NCBI GenBank assembly: GCA_016717725.1
Contig: JADKFA010000001.1
Coordinates: forward strand, 200,437 to 264,436
Origin: Bacteroidota bacterium
GTDB taxonomy: Bacteria; Bacteroidota; Bacteroidia; AKYH767-A; OLB10
Reading direction: 5' to 3'
DNA: 64,000 nucleotides
The position numbers and the translations under genes were made by a program. Positions 42,166 through 53,461 of the stretch are shown one piece after another. The first letter of the stretch is position 1; each line of letters starts with the position of its first letter. The notes under the pieces were generated by a model. The model saw nothing but the letters and a program-made list of their open reading frames with translations, had not been told where the DNA came from and did no database searches.

Positions 42166-42399
42166 AATTGGTAAACCTCTCTACTTGGAAATTGTAGCGT
42201 GAAGTTTTATTGGGCTAAATTCTAATGATAAGCGGTAAATTTTTGTGGTTCCTTAGACTTTTGCAGCTTAATTTTGAATTTTTTCAATTACCACTTTAAT
42301 TTTTTAAGATTGATTATCAATATTGTATGACTTTATTTGAATTTATAAATTGGTTTATTATATAAACTACTTTATATTTGCACCATACAAAAAAACAAC

Positions 42400-43074
42400 A
42401 TGAAAAAAATTATCTATTCAATCATCACGGCTCTACTTCTAGTAGGCACTTATCAAGAAGTTGCTGCACAAGCAGGGAATAATGTACCGTCTGAAAAAAC
42501 GCGCAGATTTTTACTACGCTACATTAGTTTTATGGATACAGCAACTACAGCTGAGACTAAAGCTAATTTATTAAAAGGTATTGAAATGGTTGCGAACTCA
42601 TCGAAATCGGATTGGGTATCTCAATATCATGCTTCCTTTCAAAATGCAGTATTATCCATTGAGAAAAAAGACACTGCAGAGGCAAGTAAGATGTTGAACA
42701 AGGCAGAAGAGTATATTAAAACAGCTAATTCCATTCAACCGAATGAATCAGAAATTGTTTTACTAAGAGCTATGATTAACGGAATGCGTATTGGACAGAA
42801 TCCATCACTTGGAGCAATCTTAGGTCCAGATGTGATGAAAGGATATGCAGAAGCAAAAAAATTGAATGCAGAAAATCCGCGTGTATATTTAGTGTTTGCT
42901 GAATCATATATGCATATGCCAGAAGAAGCAGGTGGTGGAATGAAAGTAGCAAAAGCCAACTTGGAAATTGCTTTAAAGAAATACGAAAACGACAAACACG
43001 AAGATCCAGCATGGCCAACATGGGGAAAAGATCGCGCTCTGAAATTACTGGCTGAAATTGACAGTAAAAAATAA
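42400..43074 (+). CDS. Secreted alpha-helical hypothetical protein (signal MKKIIYSIITALLLVGTYQEVAAQ).
   Basis: ORF track; signal peptide; no recognisable motif. Confidence 0.5.
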   Translation: MKKIIYSIITALLLVGTYQEVAAQAGNNVPSEKTRRFLLRYISFMDTATTAETKANLLKGIEMVANSSKSDWVSQYHASFQNAVLSIEKKDTAEASKMLNKAEEYIKTANSIQPNESEIVLLRAMINGMRIGQNPSLGAILGPDVMKGYAEAKKLNAENPRVYLVFAESYMHMPEEAGGGMKVAKANLEIALKKYENDKHEDPAWPTWGKDRALKLLAEIDSKK

Positions 43075-43092
43075 TAATACTCACTAGCATAA

Positions 43093-43749
43093 TTGCGAAG
43101 CCTCGCGACAACAATTAAAAAAATCAAAATCATGGAAAACGAAAAATCAATGATGAGTAACGAAGAAAGTTTACGCATTATCCGTTCAATGATTGAATCT
43201 ACTAAACAAGATTTACGAGATAACGGATCCTGGTTCTTACTTTGGGGATGGTTGGTATTTATTGCTTGCATGACACATTATATTTTGATGGAAATAGGTT
43301 ATGATAAGCCACACCTTGCCTGGATGCTGATGATTCTTGGAGGAGTGTTGAGTTTCATAAAAGGTTTGCGTGAGGAAAAATCACAAAAAGTAAAAACGCA
43401 TATTGATGAATTCATGAAACATGTGTTGGTTGCCTTTCTGGTTTCTCTATTCATCGTTCTTGGATTTATGTCAAAGCTTGGACTCAGTACCTACCCATTA
43501 ATCATGATGGTCTACGGGTTTTGGCTCTACATAAGTGGCGGTGTTATTAATTTTCGTCCGCTACGAATAGGTGGTATCATCAATTGGGTTTTGGCCATTG
43601 CAGCCTTCTTTGTAGAATTTGAATTGCAATTGGTATTGTTAGGAGCAGCTGTACTTTTTGGTTATATTATTCCAGGATATATCTTAAGAAATAATTATAA
43701 CAAAGCTGTTAAATTAAACCCGAATACATCAAAGGAAAGTTATGTTTAA
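43093..43749 (+). CDS. Integral membrane protein (about 5 TM), hypothetical. The likely start is MENEKS at 43132.
   Basis: Hydrophobic segments; overlaps the downstream regulator gene by 8 nt (operon). Confidence 0.5.
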   Translation: MRSLATTIKKIKIMENEKSMMSNEESLRIIRSMIESTKQDLRDNGSWFLLWGWLVFIACMTHYILMEIGYDKPHLAWMLMILGGVLSFIKGLREEKSQKVKTHIDEFMKHVLVAFLVSLFIVLGFMSKLGLSTYPLIMMVYGFWLYISGGVINFRPLRIGGIINWVLAIAAFFVEFELQLVLLGAAVLFGYIIPGYILRNNYNKAVKLNPNTSKESYV

Positions 43750-44032
43750 TGATCTCAATCCTTTATTGCATCAACAGTTGCGCTTGTCGGTAATGTCATT
43801 GCTGATGAATGTGAAAGAAGCGGACTTTACTTATATCCGTGAGAAAACAGGTGCGACCGCAGGGAATTTGAGTGTGCAGATTAATAAATTGGCAGAAGCA
43901 GAATATATTCAAGTAAAGAAAAGTTTCAAAGAAAATTATCCATTGACAACATGTTCTATTACATCGAATGGAAGGATAGCATTTGAAGAGTATGTAACTT
44001 CATTACAAGAATATTTGAAGCCAACTAAATAA
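43742..44032 (+). CDS. Small winged-helix transcriptional regulator (PadR/HTH_34-like).
   Basis: LRLSVMSLL...TGATAGNLSVQINKLAEAEYIQV pattern typical of wHTH regulators; 96 aa. Confidence 0.5.
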   Translation: MFNDLNPLLHQQLRLSVMSLLMNVKEADFTYIREKTGATAGNLSVQINKLAEAEYIQVKKSFKENYPLTTCSITSNGRIAFEEYVTSLQEYLKPTK

Positions 44033-44215
44033 TTTCTTCTAAAATTAGAAAATTTACCAACTTTTGAACACTAAGAGCACGAGAGGCTCCCGGGGGGCGT
44101 GTTAGATTATCGCTTAATAGAATAAGAGCACTAGAGAACACAAAAGATCTAAACTTTGTGTTTTCATGTGCTCTTGATAATTTTCTAAATTTTTCCTTTT
44201 AATTCAAATACCTTT

Positions 44216-44252
44216 TGTGACCTCTAGTGTCCTCTAGTGCCCTCTAGTGTTA
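44216..44252. repeat. (C)CTCTAGTG x3 tandem decamers with an inverted partial copy (gcactagag) at 44128-44140, in a convergent intergenic region.
   Basis: gacctctagtgtcctctagtgccctctagtg read directly. Confidence 0.8.
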
Positions 44253-44281
44253 AAAAATTGAATTACCTAGCATCAAAAATA

Positions 44282-45565
44282 TCATTTGACAGAATATTTT
44301 TCTTTATATCTGAGGTAAAGCTCTTTTTGATAGTTATCCAAATCAATCATCCTCCCTTGCACAAACGCCATCTCCACTTTATTTCCTGTCATGTCTAATG
44401 CATCACCTGATGAAATAAATAACGTTGCGTCTTTTTCATCTTCCAGTGACCCACATGTTTTATCTATTCCCAAAATTAGCGCTGACGATAACGTGATGCA
44501 TTGCAAGGCTTCTTCTTTTGTTAAGCCATACCCAGCCACAGTTCCCGCTTGAAATCCCAAATTGCGCTGTTGCCAAAATCCTTCATCGGTGATACTAACC
44601 CTAATTCCTGCTTTAAATAAAATAGCTGGTAACTTATAAGACATATCAATATCATCATCTTCACGATAAGGAAGAGCATGCGTACGCGTGATGATTACAG
44701 GAACATTTTTTTCTTTCAATAAATCCACCACTCTCCAACTATCGTTACCTCCTACAATCACTACTTTTAATTTGTATTTATCGCCAAAGTTGATGGCTTC
44801 AATAATTTCTCTTGCAAATTCACATCGCACATATAAATTCATGCTGCCATCAAATAATCCTTTCATGGCTTCTAAGTGTCTGTTTTTTACAGATGGATTT
44901 GATTTTGCATAACCAGCAGCATCGTCGAATTGTTTGTACAAACTTTGCATCGCTTTTTCATTTTTTGCTTTTTGCTCCGCTTCCGCGTCCGGTGTAGCCA
45001 TTCGCTGTTGACGCATCGACGGCCAATTCACCCAAATACCATCATCGGCTTTTACGGTTGCATCTTCCCAATTCCATGCATCCAATTGCACCACCGATGA
45101 ACTACCAGAAAGTAATCCGCCTTGTGGTGCCACCTGTGCCATCAATACACCATTATCACGCACTGTTGGGATCACTCTTGAATCTGGATTGTAAGCAATC
45201 AGTGTTCGCGCACTTGGATTAATACTTCCACTTTCTCTATAATCATTGGTAGCACGTACCGCCTCTAAGTCACTCAATCCTAAAATGGAATTTAAGGCGA
45301 TGAAACCAGGATAGGCATGTTTGTCGTTCACATAGATTATAGTATCGAACGCTTTTGGATCAGGTTTATACCCCTTGGCATCCATCACGAAACTTAGTTT
45401 CCCTCCTGTAATTCCAATTGCACTCATCGGTATCATTTGTCCATTGCCAATATGCGCTGTTGCACCTAATAATAATATGCGTTGCTTATTTGTTGTTGCT
45501 GGTGTGGGACGTTGTGCCATCACCGCTTGAGAAATCAATAATAGAAATATGAATATCTTTTTCAT
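44282..45565 (-). CDS. Secreted amidohydrolase-family protein (427 aa).
   Basis: Signal peptide MKKIFIFLLLISQAVMAQ and amidohydrolase-like architecture; it is adjacent to a second amidohydrolase gene. Confidence 0.65.
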   Translation of the reverse strand: MKKIFIFLLLISQAVMAQRPTPATTNKQRILLLGATAHIGNGQMIPMSAIGITGGKLSFVMDAKGYKPDPKAFDTIIYVNDKHAYPGFIALNSILGLSDLEAVRATNDYRESGSINPSARTLIAYNPDSRVIPTVRDNGVLMAQVAPQGGLLSGSSSVVQLDAWNWEDATVKADDGIWVNWPSMRQQRMATPDAEAEQKAKNEKAMQSLYKQFDDAAGYAKSNPSVKNRHLEAMKGLFDGSMNLYVRCEFAREIIEAINFGDKYKLKVVIVGGNDSWRVVDLLKEKNVPVIITRTHALPYREDDDIDMSYKLPAILFKAGIRVSITDEGFWQQRNLGFQAGTVAGYGLTKEEALQCITLSSALILGIDKTCGSLEDEKDATLFISSGDALDMTGNKVEMAFVQGRMIDLDNYQKELYLRYKEKYSVK

Positions 45566-45576
45566 CGTATGTTGAA

Positions 45577-48500
45577 TTAATGAGGTGCGTTTTCCATATC
45601 GTTACAATGGTATTCTTCATGAGGTGCACTTCCTCCCTTTTGAATAGGTCCACCAGCTGCTTTATCATCTTGCATTTTTTTAATGATGCGTTGACGTTCT
45701 GATTGAATATCGTTGCGAAGTTGTTCGTCACGTTTCAAATCATAATAGCAAATTCCATCTACAAATGTCTTCACTGGTTTTGAATAAACCGATAATGGCG
45801 GACCATTCCACAACACTATATCGGCATCTTTTCCTATTTTAATACTTCCTACCTGATCACTTATATGCAATAATTTCGCGGGATTCAACGTAACAAATTT
45901 CAGTGCTTCTTCCTCCGATACATTTCCATATTTGCAAGCTTTTGCAGCTTCCTGATTTAACCGTCGTGCCATTTCTGCATCATCGCTATTAAATCCTGTT
46001 ACTATTCCAATATTATGCATTATTGCTCCATTATACGGAATGGCGTCAATCACTTCATACTTGTACGCCCACCAATCGGAAAAAGTAGATGCTCCTACTC
46101 CATGCGCCTTCATTTTATCGGCTACTTTATAACCTTCCAAAATATGCGTGAACGTATTCACACGAAATTGAAATGAATCAGCAACATGCATCAACATATT
46201 TATTTCACCTTGTTGGTAGCTATGACAAGTGATGAATCTTTTCTTATTTAATATTTCAGCCAAGGCATCCAATTCTAAATCGCGGCGAGGTGCGATGCCT
46301 TTCGATTTGCTTGCGTTGAATTTTTTCCAAGTTGCATCGTATTCTTTAGCTCTCGTAAACGCATCCATGTAAATTTGCTCTACTCCCATTCGTGTTTGCG
46401 GATAGCGAGTAACGTTATTATCGCCCCAGTTCGATTGTTTTACATTTTCTCCCAAAGCAAATTTTATGAAACCATCTGCTCCCTTAAACTTCATTTCTTC
46501 CGCTGTTTGTCCCCAACGCAATTTTATTAAGATGGTTTGACCGCCAATGGCATTTGCACTTCCATGTAATAAATGCGAAGTGGTAACGCCTCCTGCTAAC
46601 TGTCTGTAAATATTGATATCATCTGGATTAATTACGTCTCCAATGCGCACTTCCGATGTTACACTTTGAGTTCCTTCATTTACTCCTTCGTTGATGGCAA
46701 TATGTGAATGCTCGTCGATGATTCCCGGAGTCAGGTGCATTCCAGTACCATCAATCATTTCCATTCCATCATATTTAACTTTATCGGTATCACTGAACTT
46801 TCCAACGGCAACAATTTTTCCGTCTTTCATGATCACATCTGCATTTTGCAAAATTCCTTGTTCTTCGCATGTCCATACCGTTACATTTTTAATCCAAACG
46901 CTTCCTGCCGATGGGATATCCGCTTTCGATTTCCATCCGTAAGCCATGTTCGGAAGCCATGTTTGTGGCATCACAAATGCAGAATCCTTTTTGGTGGTAT
47001 CTTTCTTTGCTTCTGATGGGCCCATTTTCTCCGCCGACCAAGTCATCCATTTCCCGTCTGGATTTTGTGCTTGACCGCTGATGCGACTACCGTTCAAATT
47101 AAAACTTCCATTCAATCGATACGCTCCTTTTCCTTTCTTCGGTTCAAAACGAAATGTCCATTGTGAGTTAAAAGAAGTGGCTTCCACTTTTACCTTGATG
47201 GTATCGCGAACCAAAGTCCACTCAGGTGCAAATTGATCACCACTCGCAGATAAATTCCATCCTTGCAACGTATCTAAAGTTAACTTGTATTTATTTCGAA
47301 TCTCAATACTATCTGGATTTTTGATGATGTATCGCTCTCCAGAAATCCAGTGCTCCACAATTACATTTTCTTTTTCGAAATAATCTTTTGTGCAGATAAA
47401 AAAGTTAGCTAGCATTCCTGATTTCAATGATCCCACTTGATTCTCGATGCCTAATAACTTTGCAGGAAGTGTAGTCAACGCCTTCAATGCTTGGTCTTTC
47501 GACAAACCACACTTCAACGCTTTTTGCAATGCAGATGGAAATTCCTTCTTTTCCTTTAATCCATCTGTTGTTAAAACAAAATTAACGCCTGCTTTTTCTA
47601 ACACGCTCGCATTTGCTGGGGCCATTTCCCAATGACGCAAATCGTCCAAGTTAATATTTAATGCATCAAAAGGATTTGAAACATCATATGCTTTTGGAAA
47701 ATTTAGTGTAACGATGAATGTCGATTTACTCTTCGCAATTTCATCCACACGTTTGTACTCATCACCTCCTCCGCGAATACAATAATTTTGACCAAACTCT
47801 TTTCCAATTAGATTTGCTCTTAATGCAGAACGATAATCATTCACTTCAAAAAGTTGCAGTAAATTTTGATTCGCATTCCATGCCGCTAAGGAAATATCAA
47901 AATCTTTTTCCTTCGCATAATTATACCATTGTGCATCCAAATACGTTTGGCGAATCAAAGCAATACTACCCATCAAAGAAGAGGGATAATCTTGCGTTGA
48001 TGTTCCTTTATTAAATGAAAGAGCATTTACTGCTTTGTCTTTTAAAATAAGTTTATGGATATCGCCATCGCCCATCAACACAACAGCTCCTGTTCCTCTC
48101 GCAATACCATCTTTCTGTAATGACAAGCCAATACCAAAACCAAGTTTACGAAATTCTTGTGCTTCTTTGCATTAGCAACGAAAGCCACATACGCATCAAA
48201 TTCCGGATGAATCGCTTGATTCCAGCTAGTAGCTCCTGCCGCAGTCGACTCCGCTTGCGGTTTGCGCTCACGACGATTTACGGGTGCTGCGATCTTCGTA
48301 TCTGCCTGACCGTAGTCGGTGTAAGCATCGATAAAAGAAGGATAAATATATTGTCCTTGCACATCATAAACGATAGCATCCGAAGGAATATTAATTGCAT
48401 TTCCAACACCAATCACTTTACCTTTTTGGATAAGCAAGGTAGCGTCCTTCAACATATTTCCGGGTTCAATGACAATGTTGGCATGCTTAAAAGCATAAAC

Positions 48501-48605
48501 CAATTCACGTTCATCGGCAAGGCCAATAACGGGTTGGGTAGATTGCGCATGAAGAGATTGAATCCCAAAAAACAACGTGCATAACAATGTTAGTATTTTT
48601 TTCAT
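45577..48605 (-). CDS. Large secreted amidohydrolase (about 1010 aa if repaired; metal-binding HSHIAINEG). The N-terminal 183-aa ORF (48075..48626, signal MKKILTLLCTLFFGIQSLHAQ) and the 849-aa ORF join across a single-base shift in the aaag run at about 48150 (FVANAK|EAQEFRKLGFGIGLSLQKDG...).
   Basis: Overlapping co-oriented ORFs and manual frame reading, plus the HxH motif. Confidence 0.65.
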
Positions 48606-48701
48606 GGGGATATGAGGGCAGGGCAACGAAGGTAATAGTTTTATAAGCGTAAGGGATTCCTCCCACTCAAAAAAATGAGGTAGGAGAATTAACTGCCAAC
48701 C

Positions 48702-50201
48702 ATGAACTCAGCCGAGCTAAGAAACTCTCAAGAAGCGTCATTTCAATTGTTTCGACTTCCGAAAGAAAAGATTGTCCTCGACTTTGTGGTTCAAAAGTTA
48801 GGCGAAGGAGCGAGTCCCGAACGCTATGAAATCTTAGAATCGGTGCTGGACATGTACCGTACTTCCACGGGCTTCGACCCTTTTGCGCTATCGAAAGGGC
48901 GCTTCAAACGACTTAAAGCAGCCGAATTCAGAGCTTCCCTTTTTGAGCTTGACAAAGAAATTGGCCAACTGATTTCAAGCGATGAATACAAACAATTTAT
49001 TGCTGAAAAATCAAATTTCACACCGCTCTTCAAAGAATATGTGGAGCTCGGACAAGCCATTCAAATTCATCCTGCACTTTCCCTAACCAGCGAATTAGAA
49101 TCGTTTGAAGCCAAATGCGAAAATGCGGAATCGGAAGAAATATTATTGTGCTTATATCGACAACAAACCCATTTTTTAGAAGTAGTACATCAAGGTGACG
49201 GAATCGAAAAATTTATTGAGAAGTACGATACGTTAGTGGAGCGACAAAGTCAACGCCAGCGTGAAGTTCGTTTAGGTTTTGAATTAATTCGATTGGAGCA
49301 ATCGGCCGACAAAGGACAACAACAAGAAGAACAAGTTGTAAAAGTATATGAAGAATTGGGAGTGCTCCTTACCTTGGCTTCCTCAACACTTAATAAATAC
49401 CAGCTACTTTTAAAAATAATACGTGCAAGCCTACTAACGGCATCGCCATACCGTTATTTAGCTACTTACCTCGACTACCTCCAATCATCACATCAAGAGA
49501 TCCTACTCTTTCTTCCAGAAGCAAAGCGAAAAATCTTTACAGTACTTGCGCAATACAGCGTTTCTTCATCTAAAGAACAACGTTTAGCATGGCTTGATGC
49601 AGCGGAATTAGAAGCAAAACATCAAGAATTACATGATGAGCGTCCGGGCTTTCGTTTCATTCGTTGCATCATTGAATCCGATGCTGGAAAAATTGATGCG
49701 GCTATTAAATGCCTCAACGAAGCCGAACATCTAATTTACAAAGCCAGCACACGAAGTTTAAGTTCTCGCAATAATTGGATTCGACTCAGTGAATATCGCA
49801 GTTTACTTTTTGCATTGAAAGTGTTGCAAGGAGAAACCATACCCACCGAACGCTTTTTACAATTGCAGCAATTGGCAGAAGACATGGGTCGACATCGTCA
49901 AGAAATTTCAGTTTTACTTTTAGAATGGAAAGGCTTGCAACATTATATTTTCAATGATTTGGAGCAAGCTTTAACTTGCTTTGATAGAGCTAAATCCTAT
50001 CGCAAAAATAAAGGGGAGCATCCTTGGGAAATATTCGATAAATACTTCTGTTCGAAACTAAGCAAATCGAAAAAGAAAAGTGAGTCGGCTCAGTACGCAC
50101 TGCTTCTTCGGGAAATGAAAGAACCTTTTTATTCGGCTATTATGGGAGAAATAATCGAACTCATTGAATCAAAGAAAGCAACCAAAGCTATTGTGGAATA
50201 A
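48702..50201 (+). CDS. Cytoplasmic alpha-helical (TPR-like?) hypothetical protein, 499 aa.
   Basis: ORF track only; no signal peptide and no recognisable catalytic motif. Confidence 0.45.
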   Translation: MNSAELRNSQEASFQLFRLPKEKIVLDFVVQKLGEGASPERYEILESVLDMYRTSTGFDPFALSKGRFKRLKAAEFRASLFELDKEIGQLISSDEYKQFIAEKSNFTPLFKEYVELGQAIQIHPALSLTSELESFEAKCENAESEEILLCLYRQQTHFLEVVHQGDGIEKFIEKYDTLVERQSQRQREVRLGFELIRLEQSADKGQQQEEQVVKVYEELGVLLTLASSTLNKYQLLLKIIRASLLTASPYRYLATYLDYLQSSHQEILLFLPEAKRKIFTVLAQYSVSSSKEQRLAWLDAAELEAKHQELHDERPGFRFIRCIIESDAGKIDAAIKCLNEAEHLIYKASTRSLSSRNNWIRLSEYRSLLFALKVLQGETIPTERFLQLQQLAEDMGRHRQEISVLLLEWKGLQHYIFNDLEQALTCFDRAKSYRKNKGEHPWEIFDKYFCSKLSKSKKKSESAQYALLLREMKEPFYSAIMGEIIELIESKKATKAIVE

Positions 50202-50306
50202 ATTTATTTTCTGAAGATAAATAGGCTTCCTTTAAAATTCCATCCAAAAAATAAATGAAAGAACTTTAATCTGTTCTTCCTATCTTTATTCCATAGAAAA
50301 CATACT

Positions 50307-51287
50307 ATGAAAATTCCGAATCGCAAATCCATATTGTTTATACTTTTACTTAGCATTCATTTTCTCCTTTCATCATGTCAATCCACCCATGATAAAAACA
50401 TTCCTGTTATTGGCTTCATCGATTTTGTTGAAGATGCAACGCTGGCACAAGCTCGACAAGGATTTTACGATGCACTTAAAATTTCAGGATACAGTGAAGA
50501 CCGAGGCACCTTAAAAATAATTTACAGAAACGCACAAGGAGATCAGGCGGTATTACTTCAAGCAGTGGATTATATCATTTCACAAAAACCTACCTTCATT
50601 GCAACCAATACTACTTTGTCTACCATCAACACCGTTCAGCGCAACAAAGAAATTCCAATTTTTATGATGGTTGCACCTCGACCTGATATAGCAGGTCTCA
50701 CCAATAAAGCTGGAGAAAATCCGCCTAACTTATTTGGTGTGTATGAAACCTTAGATTATATTGATACTTCTGCTGCTTTGATTCAACAATTATTTCCTAC
50801 TGCTAAAAAAGTGGGGACCATTTACAGTGCATCCGAATCGCAAAGCATCGACGCTTTGAATCGACTCAAAGCAAGTTGCAAAAAAATGGGAATTGAATTA
50901 GAAGCGATTCCAGTTACCAATTCATCGGAGACACAACTCATCACTGAATCTTTACTCAGCAAAAACATTGATGTATTCTTTGCATTGCCCGACAATGTTA
51001 TTTTTTCTTCCTTTGAAACCGTAGTGAAATCTTGCAACGATAAAAACATTCCCATCATCACCAGCGAAGCCGGATTGGTGAGCAGAGGAGCATTAGCCAG
51101 TTTTGGTGCCGACATGTATCAATGGGGATATCAATCGGGTTTACAGGCAGCGCAGTTCTTAAAAGAAAAATCGACAAAAAATCTACAACCTCAACTTGTA
51201 AACAATCGAAAAAAAGTAATGAACGAACAAGTTGCCAAGCAATTCAAAATAATTCCTGATAGTTCATTCACATTAATCACCCCATAA
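50307..51287 (+). CDS. ABC transporter substrate-binding lipoprotein (ABC_sub_bind/PF04392-like).
   Basis: Signal peptide and lipobox (LSSCQS), periplasmic-binding-protein fold pattern, followed by cognate permease and ATPase genes. Confidence 0.6.
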   Translation: MKIPNRKSILFILLLSIHFLLSSCQSTHDKNIPVIGFIDFVEDATLAQARQGFYDALKISGYSEDRGTLKIIYRNAQGDQAVLLQAVDYIISQKPTFIATNTTLSTINTVQRNKEIPIFMMVAPRPDIAGLTNKAGENPPNLFGVYETLDYIDTSAALIQQLFPTAKKVGTIYSASESQSIDALNRLKASCKKMGIELEAIPVTNSSETQLITESLLSKNIDVFFALPDNVIFSSFETVVKSCNDKNIPIITSEAGLVSRGALASFGADMYQWGYQSGLQAAQFLKEKSTKNLQPQLVNNRKKVMNEQVAKQFKIIPDSSFTLITP

Positions 51288-51829
51288 GTTTATCCTACAA
51301 AAAATAAAGCCAAAAAAGTTGGCAGTCCTATTTTAAATATAAATTTTAGTTTTAATTAAGATTTCAATCTCATTTTACTTGTTACTTTCTTTTACGTGAA
51401 AAGAAAGTAACCAAAGAAAGCACGCCACCCAACACCAACCCATTTTTGCAGTTTCTGCTTTCTACAATCTTTTGCAACAACTGAACATTCTTTTGTGCTA
51501 TCTCTTTTCTTCATCTGTACAGCAAAAATCGGTTCGCGCTGTTGCGTGGACGACCTCCGCACTGTACCGAACGAAACTTAATATTATTAATATTTATTGC
51601 TCGAAATATGCTCACTTTTGCGTATAATTAATTGGACGACCTATTAAATATAATTGGTATTAAATAATGTTGACCAAGAATTGCCTCAAAATTAATGTCA
51701 GTGCTAATCACGACAAATCATAGATTTATCAATGAATTTTCACCCTAAGGATTTCCGTTCTCGACCAAAGTGACGGGGTACAACTGTCATTTCTAATGAC
51801 AATTAAAGTATAAATATTATTTTAGCAAG

Positions 51830-52702
51830 ATGAACGCAGCCTTCCTTCTCACTGCCATTTTACAAGGGCTTGCTTTTGCGGGATTAGGTTATGGGATTTA
51901 TATTTCACTTCGCATCTTTAACATTCCGGATATCACTACGGATGGAAGTTATGCATTAGGTGGAGTTGTCACTGCAATATGCATTACATCGGGCATGCAT
52001 CCACTTTATGCCATGAGCATTGCTGCGGTGGCAGGCGCTCTTGCCGGAATGTGCAGCGGACTCATCCACACTTTACTAAAAGTAAATGCGCTGTTGGCTG
52101 GAATCTTAGTCATGACCGCGTTATACTCTGTTAATTTAATTTTACTAGGTCGGCCTAATTTACCATTGATCGATATTCCTTCCTTCTTTACGTTAATCCC
52201 GTTTGGTTCAGCTTTAAGCAAATCCATATTTGCATTACTTGCATTTTTAATCTTCATCACAATTCTTCTCCGCTACCTCTTAAAAAGCGACTTCGGTATT
52301 GCCATGCGTGCTACGGGAAACAACGAAGCCATGGTACGTGCGATGGGCGTAAACGTGTCGAGCATGAAAGTGATCGGATTGTCCATAGCCAATGCACTCA
52401 CGGCGTTGAGTGGATCACTCATCACCCAATACCAAGGCTTTGCCGATATCAATATGGGAATTGGAATTGTTATTTCAGGATTGGGTGCGGTGATGATAGG
52501 CGAAGCGGTTTTTGGTAAAATAATAAAACGAAATATTTATCTTCATTTAATTGCCGTTGCCACGGGATGCATCCTTTTTCGATTAGCCATCGCCGGAGCA
52601 TTATCGGCAGGTGTTGATCCCAACTACCTTCGACTCATTACTTCACTCATCGTATTAGTCATCATTGCCTTGGCCAGTACAAAAAAGAAACAAGTGATAT
52701 GA
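51830..52702 (+). CDS. ABC transporter permease (BPD_transp_2-like).
   Basis: Multi-TM, Gly/Ala/Ile-rich, overlaps the ATPase gene by 4 nt. Confidence 0.7.
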   Translation: MNAAFLLTAILQGLAFAGLGYGIYISLRIFNIPDITTDGSYALGGVVTAICITSGMHPLYAMSIAAVAGALAGMCSGLIHTLLKVNALLAGILVMTALYSVNLILLGRPNLPLIDIPSFFTLIPFGSALSKSIFALLAFLIFITILLRYLLKSDFGIAMRATGNNEAMVRAMGVNVSSMKVIGLSIANALTALSGSLITQYQGFADINMGIGIVISGLGAVMIGEAVFGKIIKRNIYLHLIAVATGCILFRLAIAGALSAGVDPNYLRLITSLIVLVIIALASTKKKQVI

Positions 52703-53448
52703 TCCAGTTGCAACATATCAGCAAAACTTTTCATTCGGGAGAAGCGATGGAAGTAAAAGCCATTCAGGATTTGCAATTACAAATTGAATCGGAAGATTTT
52801 ATTGTGGTGGTGGGTGCGAATGGTTCCGGGAAATCGACATTATTAAATTTGCTTGCTGGGACTTGTGCGCCTGATGCAGGAAATATTCTTTTTGATGGAT
52901 TTTCTGTCAACCATTTACAGGAACATCAACGAAGCAAATACATTGCTCGACTCTTTCAAAATCCATTGATGGGCACGGCGCCTGACTTAAGCATACTCGA
53001 AAATTTTCGCCTAGCCGCATTGCGCACTTCCTCAAAAAAATTGCATATTGGCATCAATGCCACTTTTCGGCAAGGCGTGGCCAAAAGTATCCAACGCGTG
53101 GGGATGGGATTAGAGAACAAATTAGATACACCCATGGGACAGCTCAGCGGCGGACAACGTCAAGCGCTTACTCTCCTCATGAGTACCATGGACAACTGCA
53201 AAATACTGTTGATGGACGAACCCACATCTGCTCTCGATCCCCGCTCATCAGAGCTCATCATGAATCTCGCCAAAAACATCATACAAGAAAAAAAGATTTG
53301 CGCTTTACTCGTAACACATCGCTTAAAAGATTGTATTCAATTTGGGAATAGGATCCTTTTTATGAAAGAAGGGAAGGTGGAACAAGATATTTCTGACGTA
53401 TCAAAAAAAGAAATTTCGTTGGAAAAACTTTATGCGTGGTTTGAGTAA
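52699..53448 (+). CDS. ABC transporter ATP-binding protein.
   Basis: Walker A GANGSGKSTLLN, signature LSGGQRQAL, Walker B LLMDEPTSALD. Confidence 0.9.
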   Translation: MIQLQHISKTFHSGEAMEVKAIQDLQLQIESEDFIVVVGANGSGKSTLLNLLAGTCAPDAGNILFDGFSVNHLQEHQRSKYIARLFQNPLMGTAPDLSILENFRLAALRTSSKKLHIGINATFRQGVAKSIQRVGMGLENKLDTPMGQLSGGQRQALTLLMSTMDNCKILLMDEPTSALDPRSSELIMNLAKNIIQEKKICALLVTHRLKDCIQFGNRILFMKEGKVEQDISDVSKKEISLEKLYAWFE

Positions 53449-53461
53449 TAGCTTTAAAAAA

